The notes: generated from the letters alone by a model not told the origin. 64,000 bases of DNA from Candidatus Multivoradales bacterium (GCA_965223325.1 CBDCWI010000002.1:2112001-2176000), one strand, 5' to 3'; shown: positions 46,044 through 56,258, counted from the stretch's first letter. Program-made: numbers and translations.

Positions 46044-48794
46044 GTGGCGGCGAACAAGACGGCGTGGGAGGCAGTCTTCCGCCGATGCGTCTCTCTGTTG
46101 CCCGGTCACCTCCGGCGCGACCGTGGCGGCGATATCGAGCAACTCTTTCGGGACCAACTCGCTGAGCGCGAACACCGGCCTATCAGGAGGGCGGCCTTTG
46201 CCTTGCGCGCAATCCTCGACGTGCTCATAGTGGCCGGCTCATCCCGGGCACGACGACGACCCGCGCGTGACCGTTCACGTTCCCCGGCGAGCCTCCACGA
46301 CATGGCCTACGAACTCGGCCTGGCGTCGCGGTCGCTCCGGAGAAACCCCGCCTACACCGTGGTAGTCGTCCTGGTGCTGTCGATCGGCACGGGTACCCTG
46401 CTCGCCGCCCTGCTCTTCGGCCACGCTGCGATCCTTCGGCCTCTGGACGGTGTTTCGAACCCTCGAGATCTCGTTCGGGTTCTGATGGTGAGAGACCCAA
46501 AGAGCCACATGCCCAAAAAAATAGTCGACGCAATCTCCTATCCGGATTTCCTCGACTTTCGCCGACGGGCACGTGCGGTACCAGAGCTGGCGGGCTACTC
46601 AGTGCGTGACATGAGCGTGCGCTCCAACGGCTCGGGCGATGCCCTGCCAAGGCTGGTCACCGGAGCTGTCGTCTCGGAGAACTACTTCTCGGTGCTAGGC
46701 GTTCGATTCTCCATGGGAAGAATGTTCCGCGAAGGAGGCAACGATCTCGCGGCACCTTTCGAAGTCGTGATCGGCCATCACACCTGGCAGGACGTGCTGG
46801 ACGGGCGCAGCGATGTGCTCGGATCGAGTTTGCGACTCAATGGGGAGGACTTCACTGTCGTAGGCGTCATTGCTGACGACTTCCGCGGTCTAGATCCTGA
46901 CCCGAAACGCGACGAACAGGTGTGGGCGGCGCTTGCGCATCAACCACTCCTGGCTCCGGCCTGGAGGCGTCCCTACAGCTGGCTCGACGATCGCAACACC
47001 GATTGGGTCCAAGCGATCGGACGACTCACGCCGGCGGGCAGTTTCGAGGAGGCTCGCGTCGAGTTCCAGACCCTCGGTGCAGCGAGCCTCGCGGAACACA
47101 CCGAGCACCATGACGCCCGGGTGGCTTTCGATCTCGTGCGAACGGCCAAGCCCTTCGAGCTTCACCCAAGCCAACAGCCAAAGCTCAGGAAGACCTTCCG
47201 ACTCCTGGCCATGGCTTGCTTCCTCTTACTCGTTGTAGGCATCACCGCGGCCGCGGGCATGGCAATGGCCAGAGCAGCCGCTCGAAACGACGAACTTGGC
47301 ATACGAGCCGCACTGGGTGCTGACTCGGCACAGATCGTACGGCCGTTGTTTGCCGAGGCGGTGATCCTCGCCGCCCCCGTCAGCCTGTTCGGCACCGCAC
47401 TCGGTCTGCTTGGTTGTCACCTGCTTCCCGCAGCGATCTTTCGGCCGGCACCTGGTGCCAGAGATCTTCTGCCAGGCGTGCAGGAGCTTCTCCTGCCGGG
47501 AATTGGGTTGGGACTCGCCCTCGGGGTCTTCTCGGTCTCGGCCTGCTGTTTCGGCCCCATCGTGCAGGCGGTTCTCTTTCGCCGGCAGGCTCTGGCTAAA
47601 CAGCGCCTGCAACTGGCCGTACCTCGAACGCGTGTCCGAAGTGGTTTGGTGGTGGCACAGGTTGCGCTCACAACCATCCTCCTCATGTGTGCCGGGCTGT
47701 TGTCGCAGAGTATTGAGAAGATGTCGAAGGTCGATCTCGGCTTCCTCCCAGACGGTCTCCTGGTCGCCCGTTTCGACTTGCGCCTCACCGGCCACGACGA
47801 GACACAGGCGCGCGTTTTCTTCGATCGACTCGAAGAACGGATCGAAGGACTCCCCGGCGTCGAGTCGGCTACTACGAGTGGCCAGCTGCCTTTTGTGAGT
47901 AGAGCCATGTGCGCGATCGGCTTCAGAGACGACGCACAACCTTCGGGACTTCGACACGACGTTCTCGAATGCGGTCTCGTCGGGCCAAGCCACTTCGAAG
48001 CTCTCGGAATCCCGATCGTCAGCGGGCGCGGCTTCGAAGCGGGAGACTTCAATATCGACCCACCACCAGCCATCGTCAACCAGACCTTCGTCGATACCTA
48101 CGCACCAGGTGCTGACCTCGCGGAACTCAGTCGGCTTGCTTCCTGTCGAGCCGACGACTTCGAGCCGTCGACGATCGTAGGTGTCGTTCGAGATCACCAG
48201 GTGCTCTGGCGACATTCAGAACCGACGCCGCTCTTCTACGAGTTCTTCGACAGCGCCCCGAGTGCCTGGTTCGTCGTACGAACTGACGACGATCCATTGG
48301 CTCTGGTCCCGTCGCTCCGCCAGATGGTCAAGGCGGTCGACCCGGATGTCCCCGTGGTCTCCGCCTTTTCGATGCGCTACGCCGTCGACTCGCTGACCTG
48401 GATGGAGAGGCTTTTGGCCAGATTCGCGACTGTCTTTGGCATGGCTACGTTGCTACTTTCGGCTCTCGGCATCTACGGCCTCGTGGCCTTCTCCGTCGAG
48501 ATGCGACGAAAAGAGATCGGGGTTCGAATGGCCCTGGGTGCAACCCAGTGGCGAGTTCTCGACCTGATCGTGCGTCATGGGGTCGGACTTGCGAGTCTTG
48601 GACTCATCCTCGGGGGTCTGGGAATCGTTCCACTGGCCAGCTCGTTAGACGCCTTCTTGTACGAGATGGAAGCTCTCGACCCAGCGACCTACTTCGCGGT
48701 CGGTCTCACGCTCCTTGCGGCGTCAGGTCTCGCGAACTGGATTCCGGCTCGCCGCGCCACTTCGATCGAGCCAGCACGCGCCCTGCGCGAATGA
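46044..48794 (+). CDS. ADOP-type duplicated ABC permease
   Basis: SLRRNPAYT, ELGIRAALGA, KEIGVRMALGA, PARRATSIEP; GTG start 2 nt after the padR stop. Confidence 0.93.
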   Translation: MAANKTAWEAVFRRCVSLLPGHLRRDRGGDIEQLFRDQLAEREHRPIRRAAFALRAILDVLIVAGSSRARRRPARDRSRSPASLHDMAYELGLASRSLRRNPAYTVVVVLVLSIGTGTLLAALLFGHAAILRPLDGVSNPRDLVRVLMVRDPKSHMPKKIVDAISYPDFLDFRRRARAVPELAGYSVRDMSVRSNGSGDALPRLVTGAVVSENYFSVLGVRFSMGRMFREGGNDLAAPFEVVIGHHTWQDVLDGRSDVLGSSLRLNGEDFTVVGVIADDFRGLDPDPKRDEQVWAALAHQPLLAPAWRRPYSWLDDRNTDWVQAIGRLTPAGSFEEARVEFQTLGAASLAEHTEHHDARVAFDLVRTAKPFELHPSQQPKLRKTFRLLAMACFLLLVVGITAAAGMAMARAAARNDELGIRAALGADSAQIVRPLFAEAVILAAPVSLFGTALGLLGCHLLPAAIFRPAPGARDLLPGVQELLLPGIGLGLALGVFSVSACCFGPIVQAVLFRRQALAKQRLQLAVPRTRVRSGLVVAQVALTTILLMCAGLLSQSIEKMSKVDLGFLPDGLLVARFDLRLTGHDETQARVFFDRLEERIEGLPGVESATTSGQLPFVSRAMCAIGFRDDAQPSGLRHDVLECGLVGPSHFEALGIPIVSGRGFEAGDFNIDPPPAIVNQTFVDTYAPGADLAELSRLASCRADDFEPSTIVGVVRDHQVLWRHSEPTPLFYEFFDSAPSAWFVVRTDDDPLALVPSLRQMVKAVDPDVPVVSAFSMRYAVDSLTWMERLLARFATVFGMATLLLSALGIYGLVAFSVEMRRKEIGVRMALGATQWRVLDLIVRHGVGLASLGLILGGLGIVPLASSLDAFLYEMEALDPATYFAVGLTLLAASGLANWIPARRATSIEPARALRE

Positions 48795-48859
48795 TGAGCG
48801 GGCGAAGGCTCGTCATTCTTGGCTCAGCTTGCGCGCCTCGGGCCCGCTACTACCGCGGC

Positions 48860-49915
48860 CTACCAGTCTCGGACACTCCAGCGCCTGGTACTTCCGTTTT
48901 CGAACCCGTCGCCAAACAAGCCGCCGTACTGGTAGGCACCCGCATCAGGGGTGCCGCTTGCAGTCACCCCACGCAGATCCGCTCCGACAAAGTTCGCCGG
49001 CTCGGCATAGTGGCGCGCCGGACTGGCCGCGGTGAGGTCGCCGTTGAAGGTTTCAAGGCTTGCGGCCACAACCAGGGGGTCCACGCACTGATTTCCCGCC
49101 GGGCAATCCCCTTTGGTGGCCCAGATCAAGTTCCTGTTCCAGGTGATCGGGATGCCATGGCCGCTCCAGTACTGGGCATGATGGGCGACGCTCAGGGCAG
49201 AACCAAGAGCACGACAAGGGTCCAGCATGTGAGGAAACTCGTCGTGAACTGAGCATTCGCTGACCAGAGAGCTGCTGTCGACCACCAGGTCGCCCGAAGA
49301 CTTGAGCTGATTCCCCGCGTTGCGCTCAAAGCGCGAACGCTCGACCGTCACCGTGCTTCCCGGCAGCGCGTAGAGAAGGTCGAGTCCGTCCGACGTGTTG
49401 TGATGAATGAAGCTGTCACGAATGATCCAGTTGCCTTGAAACGAGGCGGTGCCAACTCCGTCGCCGTAGCCGCCGTTGGACTGTGCCCAGCAACCGTGGA
49501 TTTCGCCCTGTGGATAGGTTTCGCCGCATCCGTTCCAGCCGATTTCCACGTGATCGAAGAGAATCGTTCCAACGTCTGGGCCGTCACTCACTGAGGAGTC
49601 GAGGTTGAAGCCCGCAAAGCCATTGCCGTTGACCCGCACATCAACGAACGAAAGGTCCCGGTAGGAGTCACCGAAAACGCCATTGTTGGCGAGGCCGTGA
49701 ATGTTGAGATCCACAAAGTTGACGTTGCGCGCCTGCTCGATATCGAGACCGTTCGAGGCCCAGTCACCGTAGGGTGGGCTGCTCCTTGCGCACCGAATCG
49801 CGGGATCGGCATGAAACTCGATGCAGCTCGATCGATCGGTCAGCTCGAGGCACTGTACTTCGACGTTGCTCGAGCCTCGCGTCGAAAGCACCTGCCACGG
49901 CGCGATCTCACGCTC
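48860..49915 (-). pseudogene. Remnant of a secreted right-handed beta-helix protein with a C-terminal FGDGFE motif
   Basis: N/G-rich coils (NIHGLANNG, FIHHNTSDGLDLLY, FERNAGNQ), PDAGAYQY, LFGDGFENG; no signal peptide or credible start. Confidence 0.7.
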
Positions 49916-49919
49916 TCGA

Positions 49920-50563
49920 GCCAGGCGACCAGAGCGAGTCTCGGGCGCTGTCAGGCCCGGGTTCGACGGCCCGACCCCTTCCTGGCCAATCTCAGCCTCG
50001 ACTGTATCCACGGACTGAACGACGCAACCACCGTTGCGTTGGAATGGACTGACTCTGGCGCATTCGAGCTCCCGGAAACCGTCACGGCGACGAACCCGTT
50101 TCGAGTGGTCTTCACCGGAAGTGCTGAGGCTGGCATCGGAATCATGACGGGCGAACTGCGGGTCCTCGTCGCGTCGGCGTCCGAGCCGAGTGGTGCTCTG
50201 AGCAGCAGCCCGATCGGCTGCGACCGGAACCAGTTCACGTTGTGCTTGCTTGACGGCCGCTATCGAGCCAGCCTCAGCTTCGACGCAGGTGACGCGCGAG
50301 ATTCAGCGCGAGCCACTACGCTGTCGGCCGACGGCGGCTACTTCTGGTTCTTCCGCCCGGACAATCCAGAGGTGCTCGTCAAGATCCTCGACGGCTGCAA
50401 CATCAACGATCGGCACTGGGTGTTCTTCACCCCTGCTACCGACGTTCCCTTCACCCTCCGAATCGAAGACTCCTGGACTGGTGAATCGGAGCTCTACGAT
50501 TTCGACGGTGCCAGCGCCGAGGCAGTCCGTGACACCCGCGCCTTCGAGTCCTGCGAAGGCTGA
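49920..50563 (+). pseudogene. C-terminal remnant of a surface protein carrying the same terminal domain as 594..2693
   Basis: TLCLLDGRY..GYFWFFRPDNPEVLVKILDGC..HWVFF..TDVPF..TGE..DTRAF. Confidence 0.75.
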
Positions 50564-50898
50564 CAAACGACCGTGAGGTTCGGGCCGCGGGAGCCATCGA
50601 CTGGCGAAAACGGAACGCCAGGCTCACCACTGCCACCACCAGCAGTGCCAACTCTGATTCAGAAGCCATGCCTCTTCTGAATGCCGCCATCGAAGCCGGA
50701 TGGCGAGCAGCGAACCGAACAAACGGTTCGGGACCAGGGCCCCAACAGGGCAAAGGGGTTTCCTGCTCCCTGCTCACACCTCCTGGGCCCCCTACTTCGC
50801 GGACCCTCTGAGGTTCTTTCAGGCGAATCTGTAACCGATGCAGCGCCAGCCGCTCTATCCCTGGCACACCACCGTCTCACTGGTAGGAGCCACACACG

Positions 50899-52275
50899 AT
50901 GTCAGGACCCCTTCACGCTTCTCGACGCTTCGCGGGACTGATTGCAGCCAGCGCGCTCGTTTCCTCCCTGGTCCTTCCGGGTGCCAGCCGTTCTTCGAAC
51001 CCTGCATCCGCTAGCGAAGAGACCGAGCAGGTCGAAGCGGCGCGGGCTTCTGGGCTTTCTTCCCAGCGGGAGGAGCTCCGGTTGGACCGCAACTTCTTCC
51101 GCTCGATTCCCCTCTGGCTCGACGGGCAAACGACGTTTCGCCATCGAACCCTGGGCTCGGAGAGCTTCTTCACCGATGCCATCGGTCTCAACGAAGCGGT
51201 CACCGGGCTACCGCCGGTCGCCGCCCTCGGTCTCGGGCTGAAGGTCGACCGCGATGCTCTTCCCCGCTCCTTACAGCGAGCCCTGGCACGCGGCGAGGTC
51301 GACCTCGAAGACCCGGCCGTCACCGTGGCGTTGGTTGAGCTGGGCGCGGTGGTCGGCGTAGAGGGTGAGGTCGCCGGTGGGGCGGTGACTGAGCTCGGGA
51401 TTACGTGTGCTCTGTGCCACTCGACGGTCGACGATTCCTTTGCGCCCGGCATTGGCCGCCGGGTAGACGGCTGGGCCAACCGCGATCTCGACGTCGGCAG
51501 CATCCTCGGTGCTGCCCCGCGGCTCCAGCCGATCGCCGACCTGCTTTCGGTTCCGGTTGAAACGGTGCGGCTGGTGCTTGCGAGCTGGGGTCCAGGCCGT
51601 TTCGATGCCCATCTCAACCTCGACGGGCGCGCCTTCAGGCCAGATGGCGAGACCGCGGCGGTCTTGATCCCTCCGGCCTTTGGACTCGCCGGCGTCAACC
51701 TGCACACCTACACCGGGTGGGGCTCGGTAAGCTACTGGAACGCCTTTGTCGGGAATCTCGAGATGAACGGCCAGGGGCGCTTTTACGATCCCCGCCTCGA
51801 AGACGCAGCGAAATTCCCGATCGCGGCGGCCAACGGCTTTGGTGACCAAAGCAGCGAGCCGGATCGGATCACTCCACATCTTCCGGGGTTGCACTTCTAC
51901 CAACTATCGATCCAGGCGCCGCCCGCTCCGCGCGGGCGCTACGATGAGAGAGCGGCGCGTCGTGGTGAGGCACTCTTCAACGGTGAGGCCCGCTGCTCGA
52001 CATGCCATGTGCCGCCGCTCTACACCGAGCCGGGTTGGAACCTGCACGCTCCCGAGGAGATCGGAATCGACGACTTCCAGGCCAGTCGGTCGCCGGATGA
52101 GAAGTACCGCACGACTCCGCTTCGAGGCCTATGGACCCACGAGAAGGGCGGCTTCTACCATGACGGTCGGTTCAGCACCCTCGAAGAAGTGGTTGCGCAC
52201 TACGACGCCCACTTCAGTCTTGCGCTTTCGGACGCGGAAGCCGCAGACCTGGTCGAGTTCCTGCGCTCGCTGTAG
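50899..52275 (+). CDS. Secreted di-heme cytochrome c (peroxidase-like C-terminal domain)
   Basis: Two CxxCH motifs (CALCH, CSTCH); YRTTPLRGL..FYHDGRF; signal peptide. Confidence 0.85.
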   Translation: MSGPLHASRRFAGLIAASALVSSLVLPGASRSSNPASASEETEQVEAARASGLSSQREELRLDRNFFRSIPLWLDGQTTFRHRTLGSESFFTDAIGLNEAVTGLPPVAALGLGLKVDRDALPRSLQRALARGEVDLEDPAVTVALVELGAVVGVEGEVAGGAVTELGITCALCHSTVDDSFAPGIGRRVDGWANRDLDVGSILGAAPRLQPIADLLSVPVETVRLVLASWGPGRFDAHLNLDGRAFRPDGETAAVLIPPAFGLAGVNLHTYTGWGSVSYWNAFVGNLEMNGQGRFYDPRLEDAAKFPIAAANGFGDQSSEPDRITPHLPGLHFYQLSIQAPPAPRGRYDERAARRGEALFNGEARCSTCHVPPLYTEPGWNLHAPEEIGIDDFQASRSPDEKYRTTPLRGLWTHEKGGFYHDGRFSTLEEVVAHYDAHFSLALSDAEAADLVEFLRSL

Positions 52276-52303
52276 GGAAAGAATGTATACAGGAAGTGAA
52301 ACG

Positions 52304-53053
52304 ATGGTGCTCCTACCGCAAGAGAAAGCCGAACACTCCGCCCCGGGTACTGAGGCCGTGACAGCACCCGCTATTGATCCGCGCCGTCATGAACTCTTTC
52401 CCCCCGACGAAGTGCTGGTGCCCGCCATCGTGGGCGGGGAATCGGCCCTTTTCGAGGTCGTCATGAGGCGTCACAACCGGCGCCTGTTTCGGGTCGCGAT
52501 GGGTGTGCTGTCAGATCCTGACGAGGCCGAAGATGTACTCCAGGAAACCTACGTCGCGGCTTGGCGTGGGCTCTCTCGTTTCGAGTTTCGCTCGTCGCTG
52601 TCGACGTGGTTGGTGCGCATCGCGCTGCACGAAGCCTTGGAGCGCAGGCGCCGGCGCAAAGCCGTCAACATGACCTCGATCGAGGAGCGAGTCGGGAACG
52701 GAGACGTCGGCCCTCGGCGCTTGTCGCCCCTTCGCGACCGCGAGCTCGACCCGGAGCGGCGAGCTGCCAACACTGAACTCCGCCAGCTCATGGAGGCGGC
52801 CCTCGACTCCCTCGAAGAGCGCCAACGGCTGGTTTTCCTACTACGGACCGTCGAACATCTGTCGACTGCCGAAACGGCCCGGTGCCTGGGGCTCTCGAAG
52901 TCACACGTCAAAGTGCTCCTCTTCAGAGCGCGTCGAGCTTTGAGAGCACGTCTCGAGCGCAAGCTCGGCAGCGCGGCTACCGAGGTCTACGGCTTCCACC
53001 TCGATCGCTGTGATCGGGTCGTCTCCGCAGTGTGGAGCCGCATCCAGGCCTAG
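52304..53053 (+). CDS. ECF sigma factor with a C-terminal RCDRVV extension
   Basis: DEAEDVLQETY, SSLSTWLVRI, LSTAETARCLG, KVLLFRAR; start could be 52283. Confidence 0.9.
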   Translation: MVLLPQEKAEHSAPGTEAVTAPAIDPRRHELFPPDEVLVPAIVGGESALFEVVMRRHNRRLFRVAMGVLSDPDEAEDVLQETYVAAWRGLSRFEFRSSLSTWLVRIALHEALERRRRRKAVNMTSIEERVGNGDVGPRRLSPLRDRELDPERRAANTELRQLMEAALDSLEERQRLVFLLRTVEHLSTAETARCLGLSKSHVKVLLFRARRALRARLERKLGSAATEVYGFHLDRCDRVVSAVWSRIQA

Positions 53054-53211
53054 CGCTTTGGGGGGCTGGCGCTGGCCCACCCGGCGCAAAGGCGCGCTGG
53101 CACGTTCAAGCGACGCCATTGTGGGAACCCTTGCAAGAACCACACGGCGCCCCAGGGGATCCCTACACAGGCACACGTCCGCCGGCCAAAAGCGGCGCAT
53201 AAGGCGCCGAC

Positions 53212-53640
53212 TCATTCTCGGCCGAACGCAGCGATCTCCCGAACGTAACTCGAGTCGAACTGCAACTCCCGAACCAACTGCGAAAGCTCCGTAGCGTAGG
53301 CGGGATTCGTCCCGGACATGGCCAGTTCGCTTGGCAGGTTGTAACAGTCCACCTCTAGAGTTTCCCTGGTCTCCGACAGCTCGACCCGCACGCGTTCTGA
53401 AACGTACTCACGAACACTCGGCTCGGTGTAGAGGGCACGAGCGTCTGCGTCGGAAAGCTCCATCACCACTCCGTAGGCACAGCTCGATGGGGACCGGAGG
53501 AGAGTCGCTCGTTCGCCGATCTGAATGCGGTAGCCAGTCAAAACTGCTGGCCCGATAGTCTTGGGCCTGAGGCCCTTCGCCACGAGCAGAGACGAATCCA
53601 TGAAGAGCCCGTAGAAGAAGATCCTGCTCACAAAGAACAT
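53212..53640 (-). CDS. Gamma-glutamylcyclotransferase-like protein
   Basis: IFFYGLFMD, YGVVMEL, YTEPSVREY. Confidence 0.75.
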   Translation of the reverse strand: MFFVSRIFFYGLFMDSSLLVAKGLRPKTIGPAVLTGYRIQIGERATLLRSPSSCAYGVVMELSDADARALYTEPSVREYVSERVRVELSETRETLEVDCYNLPSELAMSGTNPAYATELSQLVRELQFDSSYVREIAAFGRE

Positions 53641-53997
53641 GGTAGCCCGACGGCGACGCACACTTTCTCGAGCAGTGTCTTCATGACGTCGCAGTCGCCG
53701 GCCCACTTCGTTACTCGGCGGCTTCCTCGACTCATGATGGACGACGACGCACAAGTGACCGCCGCCAGACGCTGCAACCGTTCACCGAGAGGCGCCTCCT
53801 GGCAGGCGGGTGGATCTTGATCTGGCTGGGTTCCGCTGTCCTGCTCGCCGCGATGTGGTGACCGGTCACCGCCATCGCCGAGCGGCCTCCCGGGCAAACG
53901 CCAGCTCCCGTCGTTAAGCCGGGAGTGGCCTTGGCGAAATCTCGCGGCTGGTAGATTGACCGCAACTTCCAACTAGAGAGATCGGCCGGAGAAACTG

Positions 53998-54390
53998 ATG
54001 ATGCTACGCCCGTACTTCGTGTTTGGCGACCTGTTCTCGAATGCCGTGGTGGGTGCGGTCGCAGCCCTGGCGCTCGGTGCTTTGGTCTCGCCGGGCTGGA
54101 ACATGCTTCTCGTGATGCTCGTGGGCATGGCGCTGGGCATGGTGATCGCCACTCCCTTGTCGCTCCCCTTGAGTGCGCTTTTCGGAGCGCACGAGGTGAT
54201 GGTGCCGTGCATGACCACCGGCATGGTCGCTGGCATGGTGGTGTCGATGAAGGCCTCGATGGAAGCCTTGCCGCCCGCCACGGCGGTGATCTGGGGAGCC
54301 GGCATCGGAGTGGTCGTGGCCGTGGTGCTCAATCTGCTCAACGCCGTTCTCCGAGGTCCGTCCAAGAACTACGAAACGGTTGGGAGCTAA
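53998..54390 (+). CDS. Met-rich four-TM membrane protein
   Basis: Hydrophobic with GMALGM, HEVMVPCM, GMVAGM. Confidence 0.8.
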   Translation: MMLRPYFVFGDLFSNAVVGAVAALALGALVSPGWNMLLVMLVGMALGMVIATPLSLPLSALFGAHEVMVPCMTTGMVAGMVVSMKASMEALPPATAVIWGAGIGVVVAVVLNLLNAVLRGPSKNYETVGS

Positions 54391-54394
54391 GGCC

Positions 54395-55030
54395 ATGGAC
54401 CAGGTCACAGAAGCAAAATGGGACAAGGCCGCCAAGGGCTTCGACCTCATGGGGGGCTTTGGCCCCGAGAAGCGCTGGGAACCCGACAAGCGGCGGTTGT
54501 TCTCGCACATGAAGGGGCGGGTACTTTTCGTAGCCATCGGGACCGGTCTCGACATCCCCTTCTTCCCGCCCGGTCAGGACATCGTAGGCCTCGACATCAG
54601 CGCCAAGATGCTCGAGAAGGCGAAGGCACGGGCGGAGAAGTACGAGGGGCACATCGAGCTTCGTCAAATGGACGTTCACGATCTGGACTACGAAAACGAC
54701 TCCTTTGACCAGGTCTTCACGTCGTGCACCTTCTGCTCGGTTCCCGACCCCGTTCGAGGACTCGAGTCTCTACAGCGCGCGCTCAAACCAGGTGGCAAGA
54801 TTCGCATGTTCGAACACACCGGAAGCCGCTACTTCCCGTTCGGCCTGATGATGCACTTGATGACGCTCGTCTCCCGTCACCTCGGCCCGGAGATGAATCG
54901 AAAGACAGTCTCCAACGTGCAGGCCGCGGGTTTCGAGCTGCTCGAAGTCGAGAACATCTTTCTCGACATCGTCAAGATGATCACTGCCCAGAAGCCAATG
55001 AGAGAGCAAGCCAACCGGGCCGGCGCGTGA
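54395..55030 (+). CDS. Class I SAM-dependent methyltransferase
   Basis: VAIGTG, GLDISAKML, TFCSVPDP, LKPGG, FEH. Confidence 0.9.
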   Translation: MDQVTEAKWDKAAKGFDLMGGFGPEKRWEPDKRRLFSHMKGRVLFVAIGTGLDIPFFPPGQDIVGLDISAKMLEKAKARAEKYEGHIELRQMDVHDLDYENDSFDQVFTSCTFCSVPDPVRGLESLQRALKPGGKIRMFEHTGSRYFPFGLMMHLMTLVSRHLGPEMNRKTVSNVQAAGFELLEVENIFLDIVKMITAQKPMREQANRAGA

Positions 55031-55090
55031 GACCCAACGTCGACTGAGAGAGGTTCAGCCCGCCTACTGGTATGGTATATTATATTAGTC

Positions 55091-55351
55091 ATGGCCAACA
55101 CCAGCGTGCATCTGCCAGGCACCCTCCTCGAGGAGCTGGACCGCGTCGCGGCCGAGCGGGGGGTGAGCCGCAACCGCTTGATCGTCGACTCGTGTCGCCG
55201 GCTGCTCGCGGAGACCAGGAAGTGGCCGGCGGAGCTGTTTTCGAACGATCACCTCAGCGCGGACGATCTCGCCGAGCTTCACCAGAGCGAGAGTGACTTT
55301 CTAGACGAGGTCCTCGGGCACCGTCGCAGTCGTGCCGAGGCGCCGTTCTGA
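55091..55351 (+). CDS. RHH/CopG antitoxin (VapB-like)
   Basis: TSVHLPGTLLEELDRVAAERGVSRNRLI. Confidence 0.85.
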   Translation: MANTSVHLPGTLLEELDRVAAERGVSRNRLIVDSCRRLLAETRKWPAELFSNDHLSADDLAELHQSESDFLDEVLGHRRSRAEAPF

Positions 55352-55764
55352 GTTCCGGGCTGCTACTCGACACCACGGCGGTGTCAGCGTTCATGCACCG
55401 TCGCCCCGAGGCGATCGAAGGCCTTCGGGGCGAAGATCCGTCTCGCGTCTACTTGTGCAGCCCAGTCATCGCCGAGGTCTTTTTCGGCCTCGAGCGACTC
55501 CCAGGCGGCTCTCGACGGCGCACACTGCTGGAGAGCGAGTTCACACGGCTCCGATCCGCTGTACGCTACGTTGAGTGGAACGAGGCGGCGGCGATGACGT
55601 TCGGCCGCTGGAAGGCCCGGTTGCAGAAGCGGGGGAATCCGATCGAAGACATGGACCTGGCCATCGCGTCGATCGCGCTCGAACTCGGGGCGCGATTAGC
55701 GACCTCCAACACTCGTCACTTCGAACGTTTCAACAACATCGAACTCGTCAACTGGACTTCGTAG
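55348..55764 (+). CDS. vapC: PIN-domain toxin, probable CTG start
   Basis: LLLDTT (upstream of the tracked start), AEVFFG, DMDLAIASIA, LATSNTRHF. Confidence 0.88.
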   Translation: MSSGLLLDTTAVSAFMHRRPEAIEGLRGEDPSRVYLCSPVIAEVFFGLERLPGGSRRRTLLESEFTRLRSAVRYVEWNEAAAMTFGRWKARLQKRGNPIEDMDLAIASIALELGARLATSNTRHFERFNNIELVNWTS

Positions 55765-55843
55765 GACGGTCTTCTCTCGATCCTGTTGGTAGCACGTTCA
55801 CCGTCCTGGGATGCGAGTCGGGCGAAGTTGCGACTGCGTGCGG

Positions 55844-56070
55844 CTACGCCGCGCGATCCGTGGTCGCCTGCAGAGCGATGTGCTCGAGCACCCGGCGGTG
55901 AATGCTGTGAATGATCTGGTCGCTCCACAACCGCCACCAGCTCACCGGCCATAGCCCATGGCGATACCAAGTGCGCCCGATCAGTCGGGTACGTCCACCA
56001 GGTAGCGGTAGAAGCTCGAACTCGCCCCTCTCGGCGACGAGAAAACCTTCGAGGTGGGGCGCACGAATCT
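55844..56070 (-). pseudogene. C-terminal remnant of an SRPBCC-like protein
   Basis: RGEFELLPLPGGRTRLIGRTWYRHGLWPVSWWRLWSDQIIHSIHRRVLEHI. Confidence 0.6.
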
Positions 56071-56258
56071 CGCCCCATGGAGATCACTCGGAAAGTGGCG
56101 TTGTTCGGTTCTTGTTTCGTGCTCTAGGAAGTGAGCGGCATCGAATGTCCCTAGCTGCGGTATCCAATGATCGCGAAAGGCGCCTCGAACACAACGGGCC
56201 ATAGGACGCAGGGCCGGCTCGCAGCCCACCGCGCCCAACACACCTGCCGCTTGAACCC

